This document shows, one piece after another, positions 50,560 to 63,400 of a stretch of DNA of 64,000 nucleotides. The notes under the pieces were generated by a model. It ran no database searches. It had not been told where the DNA came from and was given only the letters and a program-made list of their open reading frames with translations. Origin of the DNA: Trichinella spiralis (taxonomy: Eukaryota). The DNA lies in the NCBI RefSeq assembly GCF_000181795.1, contig NW_003526943.1, forward strand, positions 312,487 to 376,486, written 5' to 3'. A program made the translations under genes and the position numbers. Each line of letters opens with the position of its first letter. Positions within the stretch are counted from its first letter, which is position 1.

Positions 50560-51834
50560 GGTATATGATTCTGATTATTATTAAGATTATTTTTACAGCA
50601 TTCACAAAGGAATTCACGTTTCACAATCAGCGCTATTTAATGCAGTTGCACGATACTTCTGGCCAGGTAATGGTCCGTACTTAATAAAATATTTTTTGAG
50701 CTAGTTTATTTTTGAACAGGTCCTTTGTTTTTTATATTGTTTTAGGATGAATTTTCCATGTTTCCAATAAACTGTTCAATTGGCATTCATGGCTATGTTT
50801 TGGTGTACGCGATCAACAGCAGAAAATCGTCAGATTTTTTTTTGTTATTATTTTTATTGATAATTTATTAATTTTAATTTTAGCTTTGATGTAGTTAAAG
50901 TTATTTACGACAAAATTTTGGACACCGTCGGTTGCGTGAGTGAACAGGAGAGAGATGTTGCAAAGTAAGCATATATATATATATATATATATACTAAAAA
51001 TATCCATAAAAATATGTAAGAGTATAAATGAATAAGTAATTAAACAAGCAAACAAAAAAAAATATATATATATATAATGATCATTTAAAAATTTTTTTCA
51101 GTTATGGAAATTATATTACTTTTCAGTTTCGTTTTTTATTTTGTAATGATTTATTATTATTATTAGCTTATGATTATTTTATTTTTGTAGCATTCCAATT
51201 ATTCTGGTTGGCAACAAGAGTGATCTCGACGACAGAGTACGGTAAAGGCTTTAAAAAATAATGCCAGTCTGTGATTAAGTTAAATAAATGATTGTTTTTA
51301 TTCATTTAGCGAAGTGACCTATGACGAAGGGAAAAAGACAGCCGACAAATGGAAAGCAGCTTTTATGGAAACAACTGCCCGAAATAACGAGGCAAATATT
51401 TTACTTTTTATCTTGTATATATAATAATGATACATTTTTTCTTTGCTTTAAATTTACTTCCACAAATTACTAGTGTTATGTAAGATGATTTTGTAATAAT
51501 ATTTTATCACTGTTAATGAAGAGCTTTAATAAGAAGCATTTATAGTTGCACGCAAGGAAGAATATTAAATATAATTTTATTTTAAAGCAAAACTTTGTAT
51601 TTGTGGAATTTTCAAAAATATTATTTTTTTCGTTTTGAAACATGTGATTGATTAAATTTATTTCACTTTTGTTTTCATGCTTCAAGTGCAAATTATTATA
51701 TTTGAAAAAATTGTTATAATTTAAATACGTCTTTATTTTAGCAAGTTAAAGAATTGTTTCAACAGATTCTTTATCAAATAGAGAAAGCAAATGGGAACAT
51801 TCGTAGACCGAAGGAGACGTGCTCACTGTCATAA
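48969..51834 (+). CDS. rheb-1: Rheb small GTPase, 8 short exons (missed by the ORF track)
   Basis: Exon 1 (48969-49026) MRPKPVFERRLVILGFRSV+G joins GKSSL at 50265 and carries the Rheb-specific G1 arginine. Also YDPTIENTF, DTSGQDEFS, GIHGYVLVY, LVGNKSD, ETTA and CAAX box CSLS*. Confidence 0.93.
49760..49835. repeat. (ATT)n microsatellite in Rheb intron 1
   Basis: About 25 perfect units. Confidence 0.98.
50480..50559. repeat. (ATT)n microsatellite in Rheb intron 2
   Basis: About 26 perfect units. Confidence 0.98.
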
Positions 51835-53463
51835 AGTAATGCGCATGTTGATGAAAAGAAAGTTTACATGAATCATTTTTCATTGTCGAAGCTTCCTTGT
51901 TACATGTTTGAGGAGAAACTACAAAACTACTCATGTATTTATGCAGTTGTACTATTTATTTATTTATTCATCTTTTCATAAGATTATTCTCTGTTAATTT
52001 TGATTATAATTTCAATTCATTGTTGACTCCACTCGTTTTCCGTTTCAGTATATTCATATTAATATTGCATTAATTAATTAGGTATCACGAAAAACATACT
52101 GGCAACTGAAAAACAGTATTCTACTCAATAATAACTTTTATTGGATGAATTTGCTATAATTAAATAATTGCTAATAAAATTGAAAATTTTTTTAAATTTG
52201 TTTTTCTTCTCTTCTCATTGTTCGCTCGTTGGCTGCCGCTATTCAGTTATAAACAGAAATAAAATTAAGATTTTATTGTGAATAACATATGTTAAGAATT
52301 TTTTTGTTCAACCTTGTAAATCTCTTTTGTAAGTGGACTGTAAGTTTCTATTTATAAATTATTCAAACAGTGAGTGTCGTAGAATTCAATTTATTTAAAT
52401 ATTGTTCAGCTGAATCAAAAAACGGGGAATGAGACAGTAGCTAACGAGCGGTTCAAGAGTCTGCAAGGATAACTTTCTTGCTCATGGTCCCTCCTCCCTC
52501 CTCACTCTTGTATTCAGTTCGAACAAGTCAGGCAGTGTGACAGCAGCAAAGGTACAGTCAAGCGTTCGGATAAATAGCTAGTATCTCGACCTAAGCGTCT
52601 GGTGGCTCAAATTTCCGAGGAAAGATCCAAATAAATGGGTTGGTTGTGCAATCGTTTAATCTGTGCAGTTCCGTAGATCGGAGCAACTGAGCTGTCAAAA
52701 ACATTTTATTTTGACGAGTTGTTAGCAACTGACCACCAGAATTGTGACAGGTATACTGCATGGACGCTGATCCTTTGACAGATTAATTGCTATTCCATTG
52801 TTCACCATCGATAAAAACAAGGGAGGCAGCTTTTGTTGCGTCACCGTTGTTTATGTGCAAGAAACAATATTTTGATCATGGTAGTTTAAGCATTGCTGAG
52901 TAGGTATAGAGAAAAGGTTTCTCAACAACATATTTTTCCTAAGTATAACACATTAGTTTCGATATTAATAATTGATTTTTAAAGTCAGTGAAAAGATTTG
53001 TCTGTTTTTTAGATTTTTTTATTTCTTGACATTCATTTTATTTTTAATTTAAATATGTTATGATAATATGTGTTTGCAATCTTTTTTAAGTCTGTCAGGC
53101 TATTGATGACGATAACTGTAGCACATTTCAATGAAAATCACGTTTTCAAAGCCGATCGCATGTGTTCAGGAATAATTTTTTAGTTTTCATTACAACATAT
53201 TATTATTCACAAATTAATATATTTACTAGTTACTTAGAAGATAGTGATTTGCTTGAAGTAATGAGAAGTGAGAATGGAATTATTGAAATGTACAGGAAAA
53301 GCTTAATTGCTCAATTAATGCTCTAAAGTTTTGTGTAAAACTTTAAAAATAGCGTGATCAAATTAAAATTTACTGAAAAAAGTTTATTATTGGAATGACA
53401 AAGCAGAGAAAAGTATCAATATCATTAAGTTATTGACAATCAAGTTTGCAAATGAACATAATA

Positions 53464-54358
53464 CAGTAGAACTGTAATTATCCGAACATGCCATTTCGGA
53501 TAACCAAATTTTCGGATAATCGGACGTTTATAATTAATTTCTGAAATGCATATACATAATTGAAGCGTTTGTATCTGTTATTCTCAATCAGACGCGGACG
53601 TTCTGTTTATTATGCGACGTTGTTTGCCCTTTCGGTGTTTAAATTACACGAGCGTTTATTAACACTGTCGATTATATTTTTCAACGCTACATTCAATAAG
53701 CACCAGGTTTACTTTGTGTCATATTTTATATAATCAATAATAAATTTCTGTTCGAACACAGATAGCTTCTTCTGTGCAGTGATATCGCGATGATGTCTTG
53801 TTAGTATCAGCTGAATAGCGCTGAATTCACATTCTGCTGCTCCATCCACATCAAGCCGACTTTGAGGCAGAAACAGGCTTCTGAATGGCTCATATCTTCA
53901 TCTGACTTATCAGACACATCGACGTCTTTATTTTAATCTTTTTCTACTACTTCCGGTATATTATCATCAGTTAATATTTCAAATAATGGGATATATTTCT
54001 TCGTCGTTCATTGTAACCGAGAGGTTTATTCCATGGTACGCACAAAGTAGATCCTGAAATTGAGGGCCACAGTTGCGCAATCATATAGCAGCAGCCTTTT
54101 AAATTAACTTTTTTAAGTAGTGACACCAGATCATCTGCGTCAGCATCTGAAAGGACAATTCTTCCCAAGAGTTCCTTCCTATACGATTTTCTGAACTTTG
54201 AATAATAGTTTGATCCATTGGCTGAACACGCGACGTCGTATTAGGTGACAAAAGCATAAGCTTTAACATGCCATTTTCACGGTCTTAGTTTAAAATTCCT
54301 ACACAATGCATTCTAACCAACTGACCAAAAATGTGTTCGGATAATTGCACTTCCACTG
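53464..54358 (-). mobile_element. Internally deleted, non-autonomous pogo/Tigger-type (Tc1/mariner superfamily) DNA transposon
   Basis: TA flanks at 53462-63 and 54359-60. 25-bp TIRs CAGTAGAACTGTAATTATCCGAACA / revcomp CAGTGGAAGTGCAATTATCCGAACA (3 mismatches). Subterminal TTCGGATAA repeats. Frameshifted DDE_1 remnant LSPNTTSRVQPMDQTII../YRKELL on the minus strand. Confidence 0.92.
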
Positions 54359-54506
54359 TAATAATATTTATTGATTGATAATTGTAATAAGATATGAGTA
54401 AATTTGTGAACAACAGCAGAAGTGTGCTTTTTGCAAGTTTTTATTTTTGATTATCTAAATTTTAATAAATGAGTTTCTGAGAAAACATAAGTTTTTTTTC
54501 TCTGAA

Positions 54507-55508
54507 CTATCTTTGAACAGTTTTAAATAATTTTCCGTGAGAAATGAACGGACTGACAACGTTGTTTTTCTGCCTCAGTACAGCAACTACGGCATCTCTG
54601 AACGGATCGTACAGGCCACAGTAGAGAAATATTTGGCATGCCGCTACAATGGATATTGTAAGGCGGAAAAAAATTCTCGAAGCAACAAGCCAATATTTGT
54701 TATTCAAGAAAAATTCTAAAAAGACCAAGCCACGCCCGGTGAGCTGTGACAGAAGCATGACCGTAGAGCTGATCAAAAGTACAGAAAGATGTCTACGTTC
54801 AGCCAGCGTTTGTATGGCGGAGAGGTGAGCAAAATTGCCTTGCATGTAGCGTGTCAGGCGACGAGTCATGTACCGATGCGTGAAAATGTTGGTCAGGACG
54901 AAGGTGATGCACAAGAAGATGTTGAAGAAGAAAAATACAGCGGCTATTTCATTTCTTTCCATACAAATGACGCTGTCGCAATATACGAAACTCTTAGTTT
55001 GCGCCGACTGTCCTCTGACAATAAGCATCAACTGCCAAACCGAGATGCTGTACAAGATGGCTAACAGCAACAGTTGCGTGAACCAGCTGGAAAATTTCTT
55101 ATATATTTCCGAATGGCAAATAGCCAATGATCGGTCGATTGTCATCAGAGAGGTTAAATGAAGAGAATTGTCAGCGACAAATTGTAGAAGAGCTTGATTC
55201 GCACAACAAGTCATATATTCAGGTAGGCAATGGTCAACGCACTGTTTTAAATGCCACACCCCCAAGTAGATGAAGCAGCATGACGAGAATACATCGTTAA
55301 TCGAACCGTACCAAATTGTTAAATAGCGTCGACTATGAAGCTGTGATGTGAAAATCAGTGTATACAAGCCAAGAATGTTGAAAAAAATTCCGAAGAAACC
55401 AAATACTGTATAAAAGCAGCCTTGTATTGCAAAATTTATCCATTCTGAAGATGCATCTACTTCTGTGCTATTGGAAGTTTTCACTGCCACTGGAGCTAAT
55501 GCATTCAT
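54507..55508 (-). CDS. Class A (rhodopsin-like) 7TM receptor, chemoreceptor-like, intronless
   Basis: About seven hydrophobic segments, N-terminal NST sequon, GIFFN in TM1, MTIDRSLAI (DRY-like) and FLY...FRDA after TM7. First ATG at 55508. Confidence 0.8.
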   Translation of the reverse strand: MNALAPVAVKTSNSTEVDASSEWINFAIQGCFYTVFGFFGIFFNILGLYTLIFTSQLHSRRYLTIWYGSINDVFSSCCFIYLGVWHLKQCVDHCLPEYMTCCANQALLQFVADNSLHLTSLMTIDRSLAICHSEIYKKFSSWFTQLLLLAILYSISVWQLMLIVRGQSAQTKSFVYCDSVICMERNEIAAVFFFFNIFLCITFVLTNIFTHRYMTRRLTRYMQGNFAHLSAIQTLAERRHLSVLLISSTVMLLSQLTGRGLVFLEFFLNNKYWLVASRIFFRLTISIVAACQIFLYCGLYDPFRDAVVAVLRQKNNVVSPFISHGKLFKTVQR

Positions 55509-58500
55509 GATGATTATGATGGTGATGGTCAATTATTTCAAATCAGCTCTAAAAATGACCAAGAATTTATAAATGATAAAATCAATGGCATTAAAAAATC
55601 TCGTAATTTCTATTTCAGATATTTTGAATTAATTCAAAATAGTATGCTTTTTCACGTTTGATGGTCTGTGAATAAAGTGAGAAAGTGATTATTGATCATT
55701 TTTGAAAAGTAAATATTTGTAGTTAAAAGTTTAAATTGAATTAATTGTTGAATTGAAATTTCAATTTAACTTTCAATTCACATTTTATGCATAATCGCAT
55801 TTATAGACAGCATAATTGCTGCTTTTATCGGCAAAATTTAAAATGTTCTTATTTTTATGCATCTATCTAGACTACATTTACAACACTGGTTAACACTAAT
55901 GCGCATTATTATTATTATTGTCAATATCATTCATTATATTATTCAAGCGTTAATTAGAAGGTCGTAAAATTGTACTTTAGAAAAAAAAACTTTGACTTTA
56001 TCAATTTTTTGAAAATTTCCCTGGAATGCTGTTTTTATATTTATTATTCTTTTAACTAGATTCTCTTCTATTATTTGCAATTAATATGTATTTTATTTGA
56101 TCACTTCAATTGAAAGAAATTACATTATTATAATAACATTCCAAAAACTGCAGAAGTGAATGGATGGCTTAAATAATTTTTTCATAACCTCTACGGATAG
56201 AAAAGATTAATTAATTGATTTCAAAGTCGAACAAAATGAATGATGAAGCTCAGAATACGCTGAACTAAACAAAACAAATGCACATCATCGCTTTGAAATT
56301 TCAATTTTATCAATTTCACTTCAGATCATAATAATACAAGAAGAGATCAAAAGAGAGATTAGTAGTAATAATTAATTTATTTTAAATTATATATTTTCAG
56401 ATATGTTAAAAAAACAATTGGAAAAGTTAATTATATTTTCTTTAACAACTGCAAGCCATTTTTATGTTGAAAATGGCCTGGAAATACTTCATTTGAACAC
56501 TTGAAATCACAATGAATGAAGCTCATTTCGAAATTTATTTACCAAAATGCAAAAATGTCAAGATAAATGAAAAAATTCAAATAAACGTGTGATTTAAAAA
56601 TTTATAACAATTTATACAACAAATTAAAAAAAATAATACATAATACTATAAAAATTGTAATAAGAATGATTCATCAAGTTTAAAGTTTAAAACGTATTTC
56701 TTAATTTTAAAAATAATAATACGCGTTGATTAACTGCACAGAACAAACAACAGCGGCAGTGTAAGAAGGACAATATCGTAAATTATTCATGCAAGAAAAG
56801 TTGCAGCTCAACAATACAATCATCACCGATTTTCTGCAAAACAATTGTAAAAAAGTAATTACTTACTGATAATAATAAACAGTTATTTTGCTCCAACCGT
56901 TCATATAACTGATGATGAATAAACCAGTGAATTTTACTAAAAAAAATCAGTTGAATAATACCAGCACTGAAATTTATTTATATTAAATTTTTAGTATACA
57001 TTAATTGAAATTATTGAGTTAACAAAATTAAAATTACTGTTTATTTTATTATCATATAATTATTATAATAATTAATATGACCCACTACATTTATATTTAT
57101 ATATGTATATTATTTACATGGGAACACATTTTGGAGGATGCATACGAATAGGCAGTCCGCTTATTTGAAATAAGCTTTTACATTAAAGTTACCACACAGA
57201 ACTTTGATTTACAAGGAGATTACAATACCATAGCTGGTTACTTTACCTTCTGAACTGAGTATTGATTTCCTGCCAGCTAAACAAAACGGAACATACCGGA
57301 TAAGGTAATTAATATTTCATCTTGAATCAAGAAAATATCTATAAAACATTCCATAATTAATCATATTATACCAAGTAGGTAATGTTCATAAGCATTCTGC
57401 TTAATTAAGAACAATTATTCCAGCAATATTATTTCTAGACACACTGTTAGCATATGCGCATCAATATTATTTGGATATTTGATGTACTGAAAAAATGTAA
57501 AATAAAAATGTTCAATGTTTTTCAAAGAAAATTTTTTTGTTATTTCATTTAAATTTTCAATTTTAAAATCCATCCCGTACAACGATGCTGATATTCAATA
57601 CTTTGTAAATTTTTTTTATTTAATGCTTATCAAAAATTATATTTAAAAAACGTTATTTAATGTAATTGTAAAATTCAACATTTATTGTTCAACAATCACT
57701 ACGTACTATAAATGAAATGACAGCAAATCCATATTCTAAACTTCGTCAAAAAATGAATATTACTCTCTATAAGTGATCTTTTATAAAAAAAAACATTTAA
57801 CTGAATAGGTTACAAATGATAAATGACAAATCAATTTACATGTTAAATAAATTACAGTTGCAAGTTGAAAATTTTTTACAAAGCTGAGTTGCAATTATTT
57901 TTAATTTTGAATTTTTTCAAAATAATTATTATAAATTGGAATCTATTTATGAATCATTAAAATGTTTTCTCTTCAAATTAACTGGTTGATGAATTTTTAT
58001 AAATATAATTCACCAATTCATGTTTCATTATTTTTTAAAGAAAGTTTGAAACTTCCCATTTTTTACATTTCAATTCTTTTACATTAGACAATTCAAAATG
58101 TGTATTTTCAGTGGTCGTGCAACAACAGTTTGTTCATTACCAAAAAAAAAAGAAAAAACATATTTTATGTATACATGTATATATATGCATATTTCGAAAT
58201 TAGTTTACAAAAATAATAAAGTAACCAAATTGCATAGCAACATACAAATTTCATCATAATGCGTTCAAGCAGTCATTTCAGCTATTTAGTAAGATTCATT
58301 GATTGAGTGTGCATTATTTAATTAAACTATTTAAAATAGCAATGTCGCTTTCATATTTGTACAAGAAAAAGAAGTTGAAATGCAAAGGGAAAGAAAACCT
58401 TCTCCAGTTTTCAATTGATGGACTTCCATTACATGAAAAATGAAACAGATCGAAAAATCCTTCAGACAAATTATTACAGCAGAACAATGAATGAATAAAA

Positions 58501-59107
58501 TATATTGTTCAAATTTAATTAAAACGTCTAAACGAAGGACGAATCATGTTACCATCCTGTAAGATGAGTAATAGTCTTGGCAATATTTTTCGAACGTGTC
58601 ATTAAAATTTTATGGAAAAATTTATTTGTTTAAAAATGAAATATTCACACATTTTATGTTTAAACTGTGATGTGGGTTTGTATAAAATAATAAAGGAGTA
58701 AAGTGCAAGAATGTTTTTCTTTTTAACTGGAACTTTTGTTCACAGTTTTCTTTTTGAACCATCACAATTTCAAAAAGCAAAGCGCATATACATTTTGATA
58801 TAAAATAAAGCAAATTTATTTACAGAATACCCTCATTAATGGACACTAAAAAGTTATATCAGCAAATAGAATTGAAATGCAACAGTATATCAACACATAA
58901 ATACGCACGAACATATGAGTATATAAATGAATAAATAAATAAATAAATATGTTTGTATATAGTAGGTGTAATGCATCGTATTCGGTCACCATTTGGTGAT
59001 CTAAGTAATTATTTCTAAAAATTAACTTAAGAAAAACAACATCTGAGTGAACAAATGTTAAAAAATACAAAAAGCAAAGAATAAAAAGATTTTAAAAAAA
59101 TACCACA

Positions 59108-60445
59108 CTAATGGATTTTTGAAATAAGCGACATTTGAGGAGAACCTTTCAAATATCGAAGTGCCCTTTTTGCAGCTGTGCTTTTAGCAATACGATAGCT
59201 ACGTCCGGCACCCACAAATCGACCTTTACCTTCCACAGTGACAGCTACTTTCACTTTTCCTTCCACCGCATTTCGTTCTACACGACTGAAAAATTCCCCA
59301 CATCAATTCAAAAAATCAATACTACTTCGCACAGTTAGCTGTCATAACGGCATACCTGAATTTCACACGATCCGGTTCCAATTCAAGTAAATCACGAATC
59401 GGCGAGATGGGCGGATTCAAGCAACACTTTTCTACAATCCATATAATCAGAATTATATAAACAGCAAATAATAATTTTTAAAAAAAAACAATAATAATAA
59501 TAATACAATTTACCAATTTCTTCACGAAGCATATTGTAATAGATGCACCAGACGGTGTGCAAACTGCAACCGGAGTCGAGATAAATAGCGCCGGCGACGG
59601 ATTCGAAAATGTCTCCCAACGCTTTGGGTACTTCAACCTGCTCTTCAGCATTTTCCTCCTCTCCTTCGAGAAGATACAGCTGCAAAAAAAATGAAACAAA
59701 ATATTATTTACGATTCGACGAATCAAAAACGCTATTTTATTTTAACGTTCAACAAATGTACTCGTACTTCTCGATCGAAGTTAGCGTTTTCTTTGATAAT
59801 ATTCAAAGTTTTCACAAACTTTTCAATCATCATCATCAATCCCGGACAGAGATACATAAAATACTAAAAGCAAAATTAAAATTCAATTTTTGTTTCTGTC
59901 CTAAACACGCATCTTATTGACAAAATATGTTTAATTTTTTTACGTGATGAAATTTGTATTTGACGGACAACGATGAAAAGATTGTATTATTCACTAGTGC
60001 AGATCGCAGATCGGTCAGCATACCAGGCGAGTGCATGCGCTTGTCTTCATACAGATGTCGAGTGATCAGGTGATCCAAAACTGCATCTCCAAGAAATTCC
60101 AAACGCTACAAATACAAACACTCAACATGATAATCAATCGGACAGTTGAATTATAATTGAAACAACAGCAGAAATAAAAGCAAATTAAAATGAAAAATAA
60201 TAATAATAAAATAAATACACTACCTGATAACAGTCAGTCACTTCGTTGTAAAAATAAGTACTGTGAGTTAAAGCTTGAACAAGCAGAGATCGATCTTTAA
60301 ACCGATATCCAATAATGTCTTCGAACTGTGACAAGCTGAATCTGTTCCACAGTGTTTTCAAGCACGCTTCAGAGTCAGCAGAATTGTTGATCAGTGCTGA
60401 CTTTGTAACGCCGTACAAATCGAAATTCTGAAAGTAAATAAATAA

Positions 60446-60483
<38 letters not shown>

Positions 60484-63400
60484 CTGCAAACGAAATTGGT
60501 GTTGGAGATACAATGCATCTGCTGAATCCACGCAAACTCACCTCATCTTCGACTTTCAGACCCAACCAATGCAAAAAGTCCAAAGTGCGGCGAGTTCCGC
60601 AAAAAAGCAAATACGCGCCGATCAGTGCTTCAACACAATCAGCTACCCCTTTGTCAGAAATGCCCTGCTGAGCTAATAGATTAAATGGTACCAGTTGGCT
60701 CAAATCTTCCGGCACCCATTTTGTACTTTTGCTGCCGGTAGTTGCTTGTCGTCCAGTGGTTTCGACATTCCGTTGCTGCTCAACAACAGATTCATCATTC
60801 ATCAATCTCTGCTCCATCAGCTTGTCCTCCTCTTCAATGGCCGTGTCCTGAACTTCACAGTTCAATGGTACGTAACACGGAGGTAGCCAAGTATCGGATG
60901 GGTCAAATTTAATTGCAATCATATACTGTGGAATATTTTTCCGTTTTCCCAGCTTGTATAAATTGTAATTGCTGATCATTCGACTTCTTAACAACGACAG
61001 CTTGCCTTCGTGCATCTTTGAGTAGGCTTTGTAACAATAGACCGTAGTTACATACTTGAGAAACGAATCGCCTAAAATTTCCAACCCTTCCAAATTGAAC
61101 GTCTCGGCAACAGCTGATGCGGTAATAGCATGCAACACTTCACGTGGGTTGGGTCCAAAAGGTGTTTCTTCATTAGCAATTTCCAAAAATGTGCAAGTTT
61201 CACCTGCTGGCAAAAGAGCAGCAGTTCTGAACTCTCCTGGCCATTCATACCAACTGCTGTCAAGTGTTAACATCTGCTCATTTGTAAAGTTTTTCCACGA
61301 TTCGTTTCCGTTCATGAGAACATTTCCCTTTCTGTTGTAGACGGCACGTTTGAACATATTCAAATCAACCGTCTCTTCTTCAGCCAGAGTGTCCACTGCC
61401 TGGATTTTGTGTCTCGACGTAATTTTCGCTTCAGTACCATTTCGATCCACTGGTACTTTCTGGGCAGTGGCATTGGATGTTGGGACAGTGTCTTCCTCTT
61501 TGGCATTCGGCTGCTGCTGTTGCAATCCGCGCACTTTTTCATCAGCATCACGCACATCAGCCAACAACGTGGACACGTTCAAACTTTGACCAGCCGATAC
61601 AAAGTGCAAGCCAACATCGCAATGCTCGTCCGCAGCCGGCATGGTCGGCACGTCATCAACTTCCCAACCACTCGGCTCAATTGGTTGGCCAAACAAGAGA
61701 CCGAACGGATGCTGGCCATAGGAACCGTGTAAAGACATAACATTCATGAACTTCCTGCTGAACTCGGTGTCGAAATAGATTTCCTCATCAGAATCAAGCA
61801 TGCTGCCGTCATAATCTCCCATCTGCATCAAACAATCTTCGAAACTCTGCTGACCGTCGCTCATTGGTAACTGGTCACTGCCAAAATCTGCAGAATTCGC
61901 ATCCAGGCAATCGTGTTTGCCATCGTCAGTAAAACCATTGAAGACGAATTCTTGTACTGGCTCCCAAACGCTAATCTCAAAATCCATCTGCTCAAATCGA
62001 GCACTGTCTTCAGATTTGATATTGCTGTTGCTGAGATTGTTACTGTTGTTATTATTATTATTATTCTTATTTTTACCACTATCAATGCTGTTGCTACTGC
62101 AATTGATACCACTGTTTTTACTACTTTTATTGACCATTTTTGCCCATGGACAACCATGATCTGTCATTCTCATTGTCTCTTTCAACCATGCTTTATCAAT
62201 TGGTGCCCAACAATAACCATCCGGAGTAGGATCGTTGTTGTACTCGTCAAGTAACACCTGAAGTCGAAGTTCATTGGCCAACAATAAACTGCTCAACCTT
62301 CAAAAAGAATTAAAATTAAAAATTAAAACTCAAAAGTTCTTCTTATCCTCTACACCTGTACAGTATACTGGGAAGGTACTGCAAACAGCGCCAGGTAGAT
62401 GCTGGTATAGGATGAATGTCAACCAATTCTGGTACCAGCTTTTGTTTCTGTGCCACAACACTCATTGTGTCATAATCAGCTTCCAGTGATTCTCTCCTCG
62501 CCTGCCGTCTTGGGAACAGTCGATTGAGACTAAATAATAAAAGTGCACATCAAAACTGTACAACAACATTACATTACGTTACATTACACTGCATTATATA
62601 AGAAATTGAATATAAACAAAATATAATAATAATTCTCACTATTGTTGGTTTTCACTTAGTAATAATTAATGCAATAATCAATTATATGCTAAGAAAATTC
62701 AATTACCGGCTTGCAGTGTAATCGACGTTCAGCAGTGGCTGATCATCGTGATAAATTTCAAGACCATATTTTTGCCAAAAGTAAGATTTAAATGATTCGT
62801 ATTCGTCGTCCGGAAATTTTGTCAGCGGTGTTAAGCCTTCGTCAACATTCAACACGAAATAACAATGTGACATCTCTTGAGACCTGTACCAAGGCATCAC
62901 TACTGCATCTTTGTATCTGAAGGCATTGAAAAAGACGAATCCTATCTTTACCAAACTAAAAATTTTCTCATCATACTTTGATATATCAAAAACGAAATTT
63001 TTCCGCTGCTCTTCATCCGGACGTCGAGGTACTCTGTCCCAATAATTTACCACTTCCACTATAAACTGCCAATCCAAGATATAATCTGTTTCAGCTAAAA
63101 ACGCAATAAATATATAAAACAAATTGTTTTATAAGTTTAAAATGAAGTTAAAAGTCATCGTAAATACTTGAAATAGATGGAACGATGAAAAATGCATTTT
63201 CTGCTTCTTCAGGCTGATACTTCATGGAATATTTTTCCAATTTGAGAATCTCCGAAAAAATATACATGTTGAATTCAGCAATGACAGCCATCTGCCCTTT
63301 GTTCACAGTAATGGTTGACGCACAAGGTCTAATTTCAACCAGAAAACTCTTCGTCTTCTCGTAGATCATGAATGCAGGAATCTAATTTGTACAATAAAAC

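Noticed and set aside
52515..52540. Minus-strand CTGCCTGACTTGTTCGAA resembling a Trichinella spliced-leader sequence as I recall it
   Set aside because: No following AG|GT donor or Sm site, and the recalled sequence is unverified.
61330..62150. Long Asn/acidic low-complexity insertion in Dicer as a novel domain
   Set aside because: A variable disordered linker between PAZ/connector and RNase IIIa is usual in animal Dicers.
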